Assembly: GCA_976551045.1 (NCBI GenBank) | Contig: CDPCPM010000005.1 | Location: forward strand, 9,052,001 to 9,116,000 | Direction of reading: 5' to 3' | DNA length: 64,000 nucleotides | Origin: Glaucostegus cemiculus | Taxonomy: Eukaryota | In this document: one piece after another, positions 35,713-49,200 of the stretch | Position numbering within the stretch: the first letter of the stretch is position 1 | How the letters are laid out: each line of letters starts with the position of its first letter | Translations under genes and position numbers: made by a program | The notes under the pieces: generated by a model | Told to the model about the DNA's origin: nothing | Databases searched by the model: none | Seen by the model: the letters and a program-made list of their open reading frames with translations, nothing else

Positions 35713-37164
35713 ATCAAAATATTTTTGAACAGTAATCATTCAGTTTCACTATCTTCCATGCTGTCAAAGATTGCTGCAGTACAGATGAGATGGTCATCCA
35801 CTATGTGGCAGACTGTGTGCTTTCCATGAAGTATGGAAAGGGATGCTGTGATCCTTGTTGAATTTCATCCTGAACTGCTGCGTAACACAGGGCTCTGTTT
35901 TTGTGGGCTGTTCCCAGGGGTGTACAGTGAAACAAATGTTGACTGCAGCTGGAAGATCATCAGCATGAAAAACGCACCCGGGTCTACCTGAAACCTGTTG
36001 GTCTATCAGTGCAAGGAAATTTCTACAACTGAATGCTGCTGGCTGACGCATTCCAAAGTGCAGGAATAGGTGCTGAGGAGCACATTAAAATTGGGTAGTT
36101 ACCTTAAAGACTGTGTGGTGAAAACACCACGGTATAGGATCCTTTCACCAGTGGGCACTTAGGAATGGGACCGTGTAATAACCTCCAAACATTTCACTGA
36201 AGGAATATTTAGGGATGAAACATTATCAATGTATTAACATGTCACTAATATTGTAACTGAATGCAAAGATACACTTGGAAGAATGCAGGAAGTTTTTTTT
36301 TGCCATGTTCAGATGGTATTTTGGGGGAAAATATCAGCTGGTTCCATTGTCCTGGTCTTTTGTCAAAATTCCTTCAGCTTTGTCTCCATTTGAAAGCTGT
36401 TATTGAATCATTTGCATCAACCTTTAAGGGCTGTGTGTTCCACTACCCAACCATAGGTTGCATAATTAAGTTTTTCCTTGCATGACTCCTCGGGATCTTG
36501 TCCATTAGTTTAAATCTGTTGCCTTTGTTTATTGACCCATAAACTATTGAAAGCATTTATTTCAGTGTCTAAATCCTTCATAATTTCACAGACCTCTCTT
36601 GTCTATTTACCTTCTGTTCTGAGGGAAATATTGTCAATTTCTCTGGTTTATCCTCATAACTATATTTCTCAGATATATAACCATTCCAGTGACTATTGTC
36701 AATACTCTCTCCAAAGCATTCATCTGTGCCTTGAATTGGACAGAACCTTCCAGTGGGGGCCTTCTTAATGATTTTATAAACATTTAGCAGAATTTGGCTA
36801 TTGTACTCTCTCTATTTGTAAAGCCCAGGATTCTGTTTGGTGTGTTAGCTGCTTTGTTAACCTGTCCTTTCCTTCAAAGATTTATTTATGAACATCTCTC
36901 CCTTTTCTGGAAACAAAAATTGATCTGTATGCCTTAAGTTCAAGGCATTAATGTACCTTAACAACTATATTGAAGCCTGGGGAAAACCACTTTATATTTC
37001 CTTCTATTTAGGACAAATGGTGTTTCTGTCCTCTAGCAAGATTTGCTAATGTTATCGTCAGCTTTTGAGTATGAATTTTGCTAATGGCTCTAGTACATTT
37101 TGTTCTTTATCAATGACTTTGTGAATGTCCATGAACTCGTCTATAACATTGCTCTCATTTGCTT

Positions 37165-37590
37165 TTTTCCCTAGGGTAGGGAAGCCTAAAGGGCATAGGT
37201 TTAAGGTGAAAGGGGAATGATTTAAAGGGGATCTGAAAACCAAGTTTGTCACACTGAGGGTGGTGGGTATGTGGAATGAGCTGTCAGAAGAGGAGGTGGA
37301 GGCAGGTACAATTACAACATTTAGATTAAATAAGATATCTTTATTAGTCACATGTACATCGAAACATACAGTGAAATGAATTCTTTTTGCGTAGAGTTTT
37401 TCTGCAGGCAGCCCACAAAAGTGTTGCCATGCTTTTGGTGCCAACATAGCATGCCCAAAACTTCCTAACATTTTAAAAAAAGACATTTGGGCAGGTATGG
37501 GGATGGGGAAGATAAATAGGCATCTTGGTTGACATAGATGTGTTGGGCTGAGGGGCCCACTTCCGTGCTGTATGGCTCTCTGAATCTAAG
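37165..37590 (+). mobile_element. CR1 3' fragment hosting a SINE piece
   Basis: GHRFKVKGE...VVGMWNELSEEEVEAGTITTF | resumes at 37474; terminal GGGCTGAGGGGCCC...GTGCTGTATGGCTCT. Confidence 0.85.
37323..37469 (-). mobile_element. 5'-truncated copy of the type B SINE nested in CR1
   Basis: Reverse complement aligns to 35576-35712; flanked by AACATTT (37316-37322 / 37467-37473). Confidence 0.85.
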
Positions 37591-37702
37591 TGAACATAAG
37601 CAATCAGAATCTCCGAGTAGAAACACGAGGCATAAACTGGCTTAGCGGAATTGCCCGTTTTATGCTTTATGAAACTGACTAATTTTATTGTCCTCTCAAC
37701 AG

Positions 37703-37790
37703 TATCTGAAACAGAAAGTAATGAAGGACTACAGCTTAAAAAGGAACATGCTCTCAAAATATTTAATTACATTAACTCTTGGACACAAAG
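37703..37790 (+). CDS. USP34: USP34 exon 2 (88 nt)
   Basis: caacag|TA TCT GAA...CAA AG|gtaagt; (I)SETESNEGLQLKKEHALKIFNYINSWTQR; ends an ~18-kb first intron. Confidence 0.95.
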
Positions 37791-38724
37791 GTAAGTGTGC
37801 ATTTTATTTCTGATGTTTGCATGCATCGTCTTTGTACTAAATAATCATGTTTGTTTGAGATGATAGATTGCAATAATTTGCTTCAATAAATTAAAGTACC
37901 AATTTTTCTTGTGACATTTTGACATTTTTTGTTTCCCTAAATTTCTGATTCCTAAACTGAGAGAAACTTTTGTATTATTGATATTCTACCTTAGATTTTG
38001 CTTGGAGGTTTTCGAATATGGCAGCTGAACAAAGCTGATTTAACATCAAGTAATAAACCACTGTGTAATTCAGCGCCACCATAGGGATTGCTTCTTTGAA
38101 TATTTGAACCTAAAGAGTGCTTGAATTTTGTTGTTAATTTTAGACTGAATTATTTTAAAATGAATCCAATCCGTGGGTTGTCCAGAATATCTTGAGGTAT
38201 ACATTTCTTACTTGAGTTGTACAACACTGAAATGGGCACTGTGACCCACCATGTCCATGCTGACTATTTTGCCCATCCACCCTAATCCTATTTGTCCTCA
38301 TTAGGACTAGCCTTGCCTACTTAAGTGTCAAAGAACTTATCTTTTGTGAATAAAACACAAAACATATTTGTCTCTGTCTTGATGTCAGCTCATCTTTACA
38401 TTCTAGTCTGATATCAGAACTGCATGAAATGTCAATGTCAAACACGTGATGTTATAATGTCCTATCTTTAGAGACAACTCAGGGATTCTTCTTACATTGA
38501 ATGTAAATCTTCAGGATTTTGCAAGCTTAAGTGTCTCCAACATATTTTAGAGATTACAGAGATCTTTGCAAGTTTCATTTTAAGACGTAATTATGCAAAT
38601 TTTTTGTACTCTGTACATTATAGATATTTTTAAATATGGAATTTGTTTGCTTTCACTAAAGTTTTGATAGTTTTGTGTTTAAAGTAGCCCTGTTCATATA
38701 ATGTTTCTTTTTTTTTAAATATAG

Positions 38725-39148
38725 GCAATGCCTTTGTTGCTTCAAGGAGTACAAGCACCTGGAAATCTTCAACCAGGTGGTTTATGCCCTCATCAACATG
38801 GTGACTGCCCAAATCCAGGCTCTCCAAGACCAGTTGTGTAAAATTTGCACTAGTAATGATTCATCATGGCAGGACCTGAATCAGCAAAACCATGAACAGA
38901 CTCATCAGGAAGGAGAGTGTAATAAAAATGAAGATGATATTGGTCGAAAATTAAATGATTTTGTGGAGAAAAAGGCAAATAATAGAACATGTGGGAGAAC
39001 TGAGGAGATTTCCACACGGAGCACTGATCCATTTAGCACATGGAATACAGAGGAAAAAGAAAAGTTATTATTATGTGTGGCAAAGATATTTCAGATTCAG
39101 TTTCCTTTATATACTGCCTACAAACATAACACTCATGCTACTATAGAG
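38725..39148 (+). CDS. USP34: USP34 exon 3 (424 nt)
   Basis: atag|G CAA TGC...ATA GAG|gtataa; QCLCCFKEYKHLEIFNQVVYALINMV...EKEKLLLCVAKIFQIQFPLYTAYKHNTHATIE. Confidence 0.96.
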
Positions 39149-39803
39149 GTATAATGTATTTTTTGAGCTGTATGAGTTGATATGTAATTTACTGAGTTTT
39201 TACCAAGTTTCCATTGTTTTGAAAAAAAAAAGCAAGTTTGTGCATATTTCAAGGTTTTTTTAACTTGCCCAAAATTGATTAGGTATAAAACTTGAAATGT
39301 AAGGGGAAAAAAATTAAAATGTGATAAGTGGCTTCAGGCAATTCAGGAAGTAGCCATGTAGTAGTGTTTCTGTGTTTAATTTGAAGGATAGGATGGATGC
39401 AATAGGTTTTTGAACTAAGTTTTAATGAAACAAGCTGTTATAGCTATGATAAGCATAAATATAATTGAATTTGTGGCTTTGGTAACAGAAAAGAATCAAC
39501 AGTGCAACCCCCTTATTTGACATCATAGTGTTCATCCTCCAGATGACATCTCTGTAACAAATTCACTCTGTTGAATGTTGTAGAAGAGAACGGCAGTTAG
39601 ACGATTTATATTCCTGAATTCCATTTTAATTTCTGTGTTTCCAGCTGATAAATACTTTTAAAGTTTACTAATTCCTTATGATCTTTGCACAAGGAAACTC
39701 ATTGTCAAAATTTGAGAGGCCACTAGGGAGTTTTGTCTTGGTAAAACTGCTTTGAAAAGTGGGAAACATCCATTTAAAAATGTAGATATTATGTTAATGT
39801 TTG

Positions 39804-39871
39804 TAATTTAGTTTGCAATTGTATTTTGATCAGTATCTAATTTAGTTTGCAATTGTATTTTGATCAGTATC
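39804..39871. repeat. Perfect 34-bp tandem duplication
   Basis: TAATTTAGTTTGCAATTGTATTTTGATCAGTATC twice. Confidence 0.9.
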
Positions 39872-41263
39872 TAAGTATAATTTAGGTTTTGAATGAAATA
39901 ACTAAAGCAAATGCAGTTATAAGTTAGGGAAATACTTTTGACACAGTTCATGACATCATGACTAGCACACATTTGTTTATACACTGCATTTAGAGTTTAC
40001 TACATATAATTTTAAGATTTATAAGCATAGAAATTATCATGGGTCTTGTAAAATGTTAAAGTTAGCCCAACTACAAGAAAGTGAAAGAAAACTTGCATTT
40101 AGGCAGCAGAAAATCACTTTACAACTAATGAATTTCTTTTGAACTTAGTTGCTGTTATATGGCTGGCAATCTGCACAGTAAAGTTGCACAAACAACAATG
40201 AATTAAAAACTAATTGTTTGACATTCATTGTTGGAGAAATTTCCACTGACTAACATTGGGAAGATCAATTGTCATTGGTCTGTGGAAGCATCGCTGTTCT
40301 CCAGCTGCTGAATCAGACTGTTTGTGCCCTGAACTAAGTGTCTGACCTATTATTCCTCAATCACCTTCATTCAGTTTTTCTGCTGAATCCTATTGTATAT
40401 CCACATCTTTTTGGCTCCAGAATTGACTACTCCATTGCTCTACTGGCTAGTGTCAACTCGTCTTGGACTCTCCACAAGTTTCTGCTCCTTGGAACCTGCA
40501 CACGTCTGCTTGTTTATATATGATGGCATTTTTCTGAATAGAAATACCTCCATTTTAATTGTTTTCAAATCTCCAAAAACCCCGTCTCAGTAACTTTTCT
40601 TAGCCCTATAACAGTCTTGGATCTCTGTGCTGCTCCAGTTTTGCCCTCTTGTGCTTTCCAGGTGCTCATTACTCCACCATTGGTGGCTACGTGTTCATTG
40701 TGAAGTAAACTCTTGAAATTTTTATTTGAACCTGGCCTATCTACACTCTTACAAGGTGTTGCTTAAACCTACCTGGGCTGTCCTAATATCCCATTTTGTG
40801 ACCCTCAGATTACTCTCCTGTGAAATGCCTCGGTGCATTTTACTATGTTAAAGATACTATGTGGGTGTAAGTAATATTGTTGATGGATGAACATTGCTTA
40901 GGAATCAGAAACAGTTGTGCTCCTGAAAAAATGTATTGGGCTTTTTATCTCTATTTGTGTAGGGAGACAGGTCTTTGTTTTAACATTTTAAAGTTCAGTG
41001 TAGATTGTATGCTCAGTTGCCTTATATGGGCTTGTACCTTTGGTCACCTGACACAAGATTTAAGTGTTCCATTGCTAATGTTGGCGGTGAAATTAAAGGG
41101 TTAATTGTTTTGAAATTTGTCTGAGAAGCAACTGGTTTTTACCTTGAATGTATATTTTTTATCTAATATGGGTAGTGTTGGCTTTGTAGTTTGTGTCTAC
41201 TGTTGCCTAAGATAATATATTTCAAAGTTGTTTAAAATCTATACTAACCTTTCTTTGAATTAG

Positions 41264-41314
41264 GATATTTCAGCTCATGAAAGCAACTTATTAGGGGCGT
41301 TTTGTGATATGAAT
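41264..41314 (+). CDS. USP34: USP34 exon 4 (51 nt)
   Basis: TACTAAC branch point at 41242-41248; ttag|GAT ATT...ATG AAT|gtaagt; DISAHESNLLGAFCDMN. Confidence 0.95.
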
Positions 41315-43122
41315 GTAAGTAACAACTTTCATCTATTTTATGCCATTTTGACTTGTTTTTAAAATACTGTGAAAAATCAGTTTAGGATGAACAAACTTTG
41401 ACATTGGCATAATTATAAAAATATATGTTTTAGATTTTTTGAACTGTTTTCTTCTTGTAAATAAAATGATTCAAATTCTGATTTAATCATTGAAGTGTCT
41501 GTTTTAAGGGCAAAGCATGTTTAGAAATTAAGCCTAAGTTGCAGTGAAGAATGTTAAACCCTTCTTTCCAACCTAACTTGCATGTTATTTGCTTTGACTT
41601 GCCACAGGGATCTCTACAGGGCCTTGCTCTGTCTGCATCTTTGTGGAATACATGGAACGTACATTGTTTCAGTCTTATTTGAGTTCCTCCCTTACAGTCA
41701 TCTGTTCCAGGAAAAGTGGTTTCAGTGTCAGTTCTTGTGCTGAGAAATTTTGTCAATTGCTGCCAAATTTGACCTTTCCTTTATTTTCACATGGTACTCT
41801 TGAGTCTTCCCCTTCCTGGCTTCTGTGCCTCCATTTTGTGGTGTGGCAGCAGATATTTCCTATGATATTACTGACTCTCGCAACTACTCTTTCTGCACTT
41901 TAGTTCATTCTGCTGTCTAACCTCATTGCACACTTCTTATATTTTTTCCATCTATTGCATATGATTTTCACCTGGCTGTAGGGGCAAGCTTGTAGATTTC
42001 AAGTTGATACTGTTGCAGAATCTTGGATGATCTTTATTTTCAACTAACTATTAAACTGAAGTTTGAGATGCAATTTTTGATCACAATTTTTCTTGTGAAG
42101 TGAAATTCACAGTTGTAAGGTACAAGTGATTTTAACTAAATTTGGAGTCAGTAGTTCTTTGTCAGAATTAAAGTTGGTCACATGGCCCATTTATTGGCTA
42201 AATTAAACATACCAGCTTATATTTTATTCTCAATGGATTGGCTTTTCTTCAAAGGCCCGAATACCTTATTTCCAAAATAATTGCCTATATTTTAAAAGTA
42301 TCTAGGGCTCTTTATTAGCAGTGCATTTTCATTATCTTATACAAAAGATTAAGTAATTATTTTGTGGAAGAACCATTCCAAATGTATTACAGATTTTGTT
42401 TTATAAACTTTGATCGGAACCCTCTTTTAAACTTCTGATTCTGGAGTTTAATGGAATTATATTCTGGTGTATCATCATATTCAAATCTTTTCATCTAGTC
42501 CATCATCATGATGAATTATTGTTGGATTTAATTATAAACCAATACCAGTAAAATGGGCAATTCTAATATAATCCTCAGGAACTAATTTCATACAATTTGG
42601 GATAAGTGCAACATCTTTCTAAAAGAAGTACTTTTTCTGGAACTGTAAAACTAAAACTGCCTGGAAATATTTGGAATACGAAACTGCCTATGTAATGAGA
42701 ATAAAGAGGTTGAAGTTTTGTTGTGAACCCTTTTATCAGACTTGAAGTTTAGGTGATTTTAATTATCTTCAAAATAAATTCAGCTATTGAGTGCATTACT
42801 CTTTAAGGTTGCTTGTGGGGAAAAATGTAAGAAGATCTAATTTGGCAATGCTGATAAAGATAGTTTGGATTATATCTGAGGAATCTACATTAATTTTCCA
42901 TGTGGTCTGAGAAACACTGAAAAATCTTGTCACTGTAAAATATTGAAGTTGTGGTTTTGTCTTCCCTTTATAAAATTCTGAGCTTTATATAAAATCAACA
43001 AAACTAGATTTAAAGGAGGTGAAAGAGAGAACTAATAACTCTAGTCTGAAAATCTTTGTAATTTACTGATTTTGTTTCTTGTCACCAAAATCTTTAATTG
43101 TACTTGTTTGTTATTTATTTAG

Positions 43123-43272
43123 GATGTGGAAGTACCTTTGCACTTGCTTCGTTATGTCTGCCTCTTTTGTGGAAAAAATGGCCTTTCGCTTATGAAAGAT
43201 TGCTTTGAATATGGAACGCCTGAAACTCTTCCTTTTCCAATAGCACATGCATTTATTACAGTAGTATCCAAT
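43123..43272 (+). CDS. USP34: USP34 exon 5 (150 nt)
   Basis: tttag|GAT GTG...TCC AAT|gtaagt; DVEVPLHLLRYVCLFCGKNGLSLMKDCFEYGTPETLPFPIAHAFITVVSN. Confidence 0.97.
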
Positions 43273-44489
43273 GTAAGTTGTACATATTTTTACTTTGAAT
43301 TCTGTTAACCACCCAACAAGTTAGCTGACTAAATCTATTAAAGTGTTGCTCTTCCCTACAGATTAATGTACAAGTAGATGTGCTCATAAAAAAGGCTAAG
43401 AATATTTTGGCATTTATGGTCAGAGCATACAGTACGAGAGTAAAGTAGTAACAATTTTTTGTGAAAGTTTTGTTAGGTCACAGTCAAGAATCTAAGGTAA
43501 TTTGGTTATTTTGTTAAAAGGTTCATAATGCTGTAAAGAATGTACAGTGTAGGTTTAGCAGAATGGTTTTGGGATGTGGAGCAAATAAGTTTCTGTACTT
43601 TTATGTCACTTGCTTTTAAATCTAAATTATTTGCACATGTTACTTTTGTAATGAGCATTGTTTAGCAATTTGGCTAGTTTTAATTATCAAAGGATGTGAA
43701 TGTGTTAATTAAAGTGTTCTGTAGAGTAATGTAATTTGTAGTTTATGGTTCCTATGGTCATTCAAGAAAGAATGTATAAATAATTGAATTATTGATGTAT
43801 TTATACACAAACTGCATAACCTGTTGCATAGCAGAAAATGAAACATATTAAATAGAACATGTATTCTGAAAACCTGTAGAAGTCAGTTTATGTTCCATAT
43901 CTTTGTACATCTTAGTGAGTTATTATTTAGCAATGCACCTTTTAATGTAAATCAGAGCTGCCCTGTCAATATCACATGCTTGTTTAATCTCTTTGACCCT
44001 GTTATCTTCATTCACTATTTTTTCCTCTTTTAATATACTTCAAGATCTTGTATCTGTGTGCATTTCACAGCAGCATCTTGCTTCATAAGTTCTTCTGTCC
44101 ACATTTGGAATGGAAATTGTCAGTGTAAGGTGTAAGTGCACTGCTACTCTTCTCTGTGCACTTAATCTGCAGTGGCATCTTAGACCCTGAGGCCAAGTTG
44201 TGGAACACAGAGCCTTCTCATTGAAAGTTCGAGCCCTGTTGTCAGAAATGCTTTGACAGATATTACACCCATGGATTTGTGTGCTTGCAAAAGACTTTTA
44301 ATTTCTGAATATAACTGGTACTGAAAAATACTTAGCTATGAAAACTTAAATTATTTGTGATTTTATAAGTAGCATTAATAATTAGAAGCTTAAACCTTAA
44401 AACTTGAAAGCACACCTTAGTTTAAATACATCTTAATTAACAACTAAGTTAACTTGGTAAAATGTAAATTAGTTGAAACTTTCCTATCA

Positions 44490-45700
44490 AAAGGAAGAAA
44501 AAACTGGGAGCCTGACACCAATTGGAGGGAAAATGTTAGCATTTATGGTCAAGGAAGTGGGTAGGATCAAGATAAAAGAGAAATTTCATGAATCTGTTGG
44601 AATTATATGAGGCTGCTCCTAACAGAATAGGTGGTGGGGAATTACTTGATTCCTAAAGAACAAGTAAGGGTAAGGTGCCGCATTAGAAACTATGGATAAA
44701 GATGAGATCACAAGGAAGCTGGTATAATGTCATATCATGGACTGAAGTTTTGTTTACTAGTTAGGAAACAGCAGGATTAAAGAGGTCATTTTTTGGGTAC
44801 AGAGGCTGTGACTAATTGGGTGCTTAAGGGATTGATGATGGAGCCCTAGAAGTTCACAGTCTATATCAGTGACATGGGTGAGGGAAGTAAGTCCTGGTTT
44901 GCTGCTGATACCACGCTGGATGGTAATGTGGGTTATGAGGAGGAATTGGAGAAGCTTCAAGGGGATATAGACTGGCTGAGTAAATGGGTGTAGATGGAAC
45001 ATGGTGTAGGAAAATGGGAGGTCACCAACTTTGGCAGAAAAGATAGAAAGGCTGGCTCAATGGGTAGACAAAAGGCATATTTCATTTATTACAGGAAAGT
45101 GTGAAATGCTGCACTTTCTCTGATATAGTGAGAGATGTTATAGATTAAAGATGTTTGGGAATGGGTGTATCGGACCTGGGTGTACATGAACTTAAATTTT
45201 TGAATGTGCTGAAATGGTTAATAAAGTACATGGGATCCTGAGATTCATAAGTAGGAAGGTTTTGAATGTGTGTAAAACTTTGGTTAGCTCAAAATTGTCC
45301 AAGTCAGGTTGCCATATTTTATGATGTCAGGTCCTGGAGAGGGAGTGGATAAGATTTAATAGAATGGATCCAGTAATGAGAGAACAAAGTTACAAATTCA
45401 ACTGGAGAAGCTAGGTTGTTCTCCTTGGAACAAAGAAGGTCAAGTGGAGATTTGCAAGATAATTTCTTGTTTATAGGTAAATGGAGGAAAATATTCCCAT
45501 TTTTGCAGATGGTTCAATGACAAGGGTACACAGGTTTAACATTTGGAACAAAAGGTACAACAAGGGAGATGTGAGGAAAGAGTATTTTTCTCAGTAATTA
45601 AGATCTAGATTATTGACTTCAAAGGATATGGAAAGAGAATAGGCACTTGAGAAAGGTTAATTTGCATGGAAATGAGGAAAGATCCAATTTTATGCCAGTC
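44490..45700 (+). mobile_element. Degraded CR1 LINE(s)
   Basis: FAADT (FADDT-like), LQGDIDWLSKW and LEKLGCSPWNK relics with many lesions. Confidence 0.65.
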
Positions 45701-46459
45701 ACATTTAGAGCTCTTCTCATACTTGGAGCTCTTCTCACACTTTATTGGCATGAGCAACAAGAGCTCTCTTGTAATATTTGGAAGAGAGGAAACCAAGTTA
45801 CTTGGAACCAGGATACTGACTTAGTTTCTGACAATTAATGAATTTTGAAGCTTGATGTTTTGAAGGACTGTTCTACAAGTTAATGGGGTAGGGGTTGTCC
45901 TAATTTCTTTTGAGTGCACCTTTAATTCACTGATTGCAGCATTTCAAGAACAGGCCTCAATATTACCAGGCCTTAATATTACCATATCAGTCACCCTAAA
46001 GAAAACTAAGAATCAGCAATAAAAGCCAATCTTCCTAGCAGTAGCCAAGCCAGGAAATGAATTAACAAAGAGATTTTAACTTGCTACTCAAGATGAGCTG
46101 CATGTGCTCACAGCTGATGTGAAGGAGGAACTTTGACAGCTGGCTAAGCTAAGACAGGACATTAAGAAGACATTCAAATTATTAAAAAAAAATTAAGAGT
46201 TTTTTTTAATTGAATAAAAATCATTAAAACAAACTATCAGAATTTGCAGAGTTACTCTGTACTTCCCTTTTGCCTTTCAAATACATAAGTATGTATTTTT
46301 GCAACTAGTTCATAGGGCATTTCTGTGGAATAATTGCTCAGAATTTGTGCTCTGGAGTCCAGTGTCTGAGTGCAGCTGGGAAATTGATGGTGGTTAATCA
46401 GCAACTTCTTGAGTACTTGATTGTGGGTAATTGGTGGCAGTCTAATTTACGATTTTTGG

Positions 46460-47030
46460 GGATCAAAAAAAATTGCAGAAGCTGGGAACATTCATCAGAC
46501 CAGGCCACATCTGTGAGAAATGAAATAGAGTTGACGTTTCACGTTGAACTCTCTTTGTCAGAACTGGGAGAGAAAAGAAGCTTGTTAAGTTGCCGGGAGG
46601 CTGGGGGAGGGTTATGTCTCTGATAGTGTAAAACTGGGGTGATAGTGGGAATAAGCTGTAAATGAAGTTATTTGGTCAGTAAGTGAATGGAAGCAGTAAG
46701 AGAATGCGAATGTAAACAAGAGTGTTGGAGTTGTGAAATGCAGAGCAGAAAGACTGGCAGGTTAGGCTGGGCATGTCCTTCACTTGCGCATAGTGGGGGA
46801 AGAAATAAATGGGGGATAAAAAAACCAGGCTGAGTCAAAATTACAGGTGGACAACTGATACAAAGAGAAGAATCGAGTTACAAGAATTTGTAGAATTCAG
46901 TATTGAGTCCAGAGGGCTGCAACATGCCCAGCTGGAAGATGAGATGCTGTAACAATGCAGTTGGCCACAAAACAGACAAGCCAGTGTGGGAGTGGGATGG
47001 ATAATTAAAATGGCAGGTAATAGGAAGGGG
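46460..47030 (-). mobile_element. Penelope-like element 3' part (left, reverse arm)
   Basis: ORF 46878-47117 ends QHLIFQLGMLQPSGLNTEFYKF (PLE GIY-YIG C-terminus); hammerhead-like CAGTT-CTGACAA...GAAAC-GTC-AACTC at 46528-46566. Confidence 0.75.
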
Positions 47031-47239
47031 GGGCCAACGGTCTGTGGCCTCCTGCGCTGTTATAATGAGGCCCAATGCAAGCCTGAGGAAAAAGCACCAT
47101 TGTTTCTGTCTGGGCACATTACAGCTTTCTGGACTTGATATTGAATTCTACAACTTGGGTAACTGGATTTCTTTATCTGTATTGGTTGTCCATCTGTGAT
47201 ATTTGGGCAACTTTTGTTTTTCCTTTTTTTTCTTCTGGA

Positions 47240-49200
47240 AGTGGAGGAGGTGCCCTGTCAGCCCACATTGTCCATGCCAACTGTGATGACTATCTACACT
47301 AATTACTATTTTCCTGCATTAGGCCTATATCCCTCTACATCTTTCCTATTCAAGTACCTGCCTAAATGCATTTTAAACATTTTAATTGTATCTGCCACTA
47401 CTATCTTCTCTGGCAGCTCACTTCCAGATAACCAACAATCTCTGTATGGAAAATCTTGCCCCTCAGATCTCCTTTAAATTTCACCACTCTCATTGTAAAC
47501 CTGACCCCTCCTAGTTCTAGACTAGCTTGCCCTGTGGAAAAACACTGACAGTATATTCTATCTATGCTGCTCATAATTTTATAAACTTCTTTAAACTTGC
47601 CCCTCAGCCTACTTAATCTCAGTTTTTAACCTCAGCCTTCCATTGCAGGGAACATCCTGGGGAATCTCTTCTGCACTCCCTATAGTCCTTGACTTTCTAA
47701 CAAACAGACTGCAATCAGTGAGGATAGGGAGCAATACCTCTGGCATAATTACTCTCAATACTGGTGCCCCACAAGGCAGCATCCTTAGCCCTCTACTCTA
47801 CTCCCTATACACTCACAACTGTGTGGCCAGATTCTACTCTAACACCATCTACGAGCTTGCAGATGATACCACCAGTGTAGGCCATATCTCAAACAGCGAT
47901 GAGTCGGAGTACAAGAAGAAGATAGAGAGCTTCGTGGAAAGGTGTCATGACAACAACCTTTCCCTCAGTGTCAACTAAAGAGCTGGTCATTGACTTCAGG
48001 AAAGGAGGCAGTGCACATGCACATGTCTACGTCAATGGTGCTGAGGTCGAGAGGGTTGGGAGCTTCAAGTTTCTGAGAGTGAGATCACCAACAGCCTGTC
48101 CTGGTCAAATCATGTAGATGCCACGGCCAAGAAAGCTCACCAGCACCTCTTCTTCCTCAGGAGGCTAAAGAAATTTGGTTTGTCCCCTTTGACTCTCACC
48201 AACTTTTACCAATGCACCATTGAAAGCATCCTATTTAGTTGGTTACGGCTTGGTACAGCAACTGCTCTGCCCAGGACCACAAGAAGCTGCAGAGAGTTGT
48301 GGATGCAGCCCAGCGCATCAGACACCAGCCTCCCCTCCTTGGACTCTGTCTTTACCTCTCGTTGTCTTGGTGTAGCAGCCAGCATAATCAAAGACCCCAC
48401 TCACCCGGGACATTCTTTCTTCTCTCCTCTTCCATCGGGTACAAGATACAGGAGACTGAAGAAACGTACTACCAGACTTAAGGACAGCTTCTACCCCACT
48501 GTGATAAGACTATTGAACGGTTCCCTTATACAATGAGATAGACTATGACTCATGATCTACCTAGATCTTGCACCTTATTGCACTGCACTGCACTGCACTT
48601 TCTCTGTATCTGTGACACTTTACTCTGTACTGTTATTGCTTGTACCTGTACTACATCAATGCAGTCCGTACTAACTCAATGTAACTGCACTGTGTAATGA
48701 CCCGTACTATTGGTTTATAAGACAAGCTTTTCACTGTACCTCGGTACAAGTGACAATAATAAACCGATACCAATATAGATACCACATCCTTTATGTAGTC
48801 TGGCAACTTGAACTGTACACATTACTCAAGTGCGGTCAAGCCATTAATTTGTATACTTGCATCAGGATGTCCAGGTTACCATATGTACTGTAATGTGATG
48901 GCCTATGAAGGCAAACATACCAAATTCCTGTTTCATTACCCTATCCACCTGTGTTGCCACTTTTAATGAGCTATGGAGTTGCACCCCAAAGTCCCTCTGT
49001 GCACCAGCACTCCTAAGGTCTCTGCCTTTTTGGTGCACCTGTCATACCAGAATTTGACTTTACAAAGTCCATTATTTCACCCTTGTCTGGATTAAATTTA
49101 ATCTCCCCCCTGCTCTGTTCAACTTTCCAGCTGATCTGTGTTGCTATTGTATCCTCCGACAACCTTCGCTATCTACATATTTTTGTGTTGTCTGCAAACT
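47240..49200 (-). mobile_element. CR1 LINE nested in the Penelope-like arm and split by a Rex1-like LINE
   Basis: CR1 reverse 3' region from ~47240 to CTGCACTCCCTATAG (47685), resuming at 48779 (ATACCACATCC...) to GTGTTGTCTGCAAACT (KFAD) near 49200. Confidence 0.8.
47686..48773 (+). mobile_element. Rex1/Babar-like LINE, 5'-truncated and frameshifted
   Basis: LDFLTNR.QSVRIG...TGAPQG.ILSPLLYSLYTH...LADDTT; C-terminus IIKDPTHPGHSFFSPLPSG.RYR...TTRLKDSFYP; TSD TATAG (47681-47685 / 48774-48778). Confidence 0.88.

Noticed and set aside
21679-39967. Exact 17-bp match TGACATCATGACTAGCA at 21679 and 39951
   Set aside because: One such match in 64 kb is within chance expectation (roughly 0.1 or more) and the flanks do not align.
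45700-45990. Short tandem duplications (also 7016, 18421, 31495, 39804)
   Set aside because: Two-copy local duplications typical of slippage or repair; no higher-order structure.
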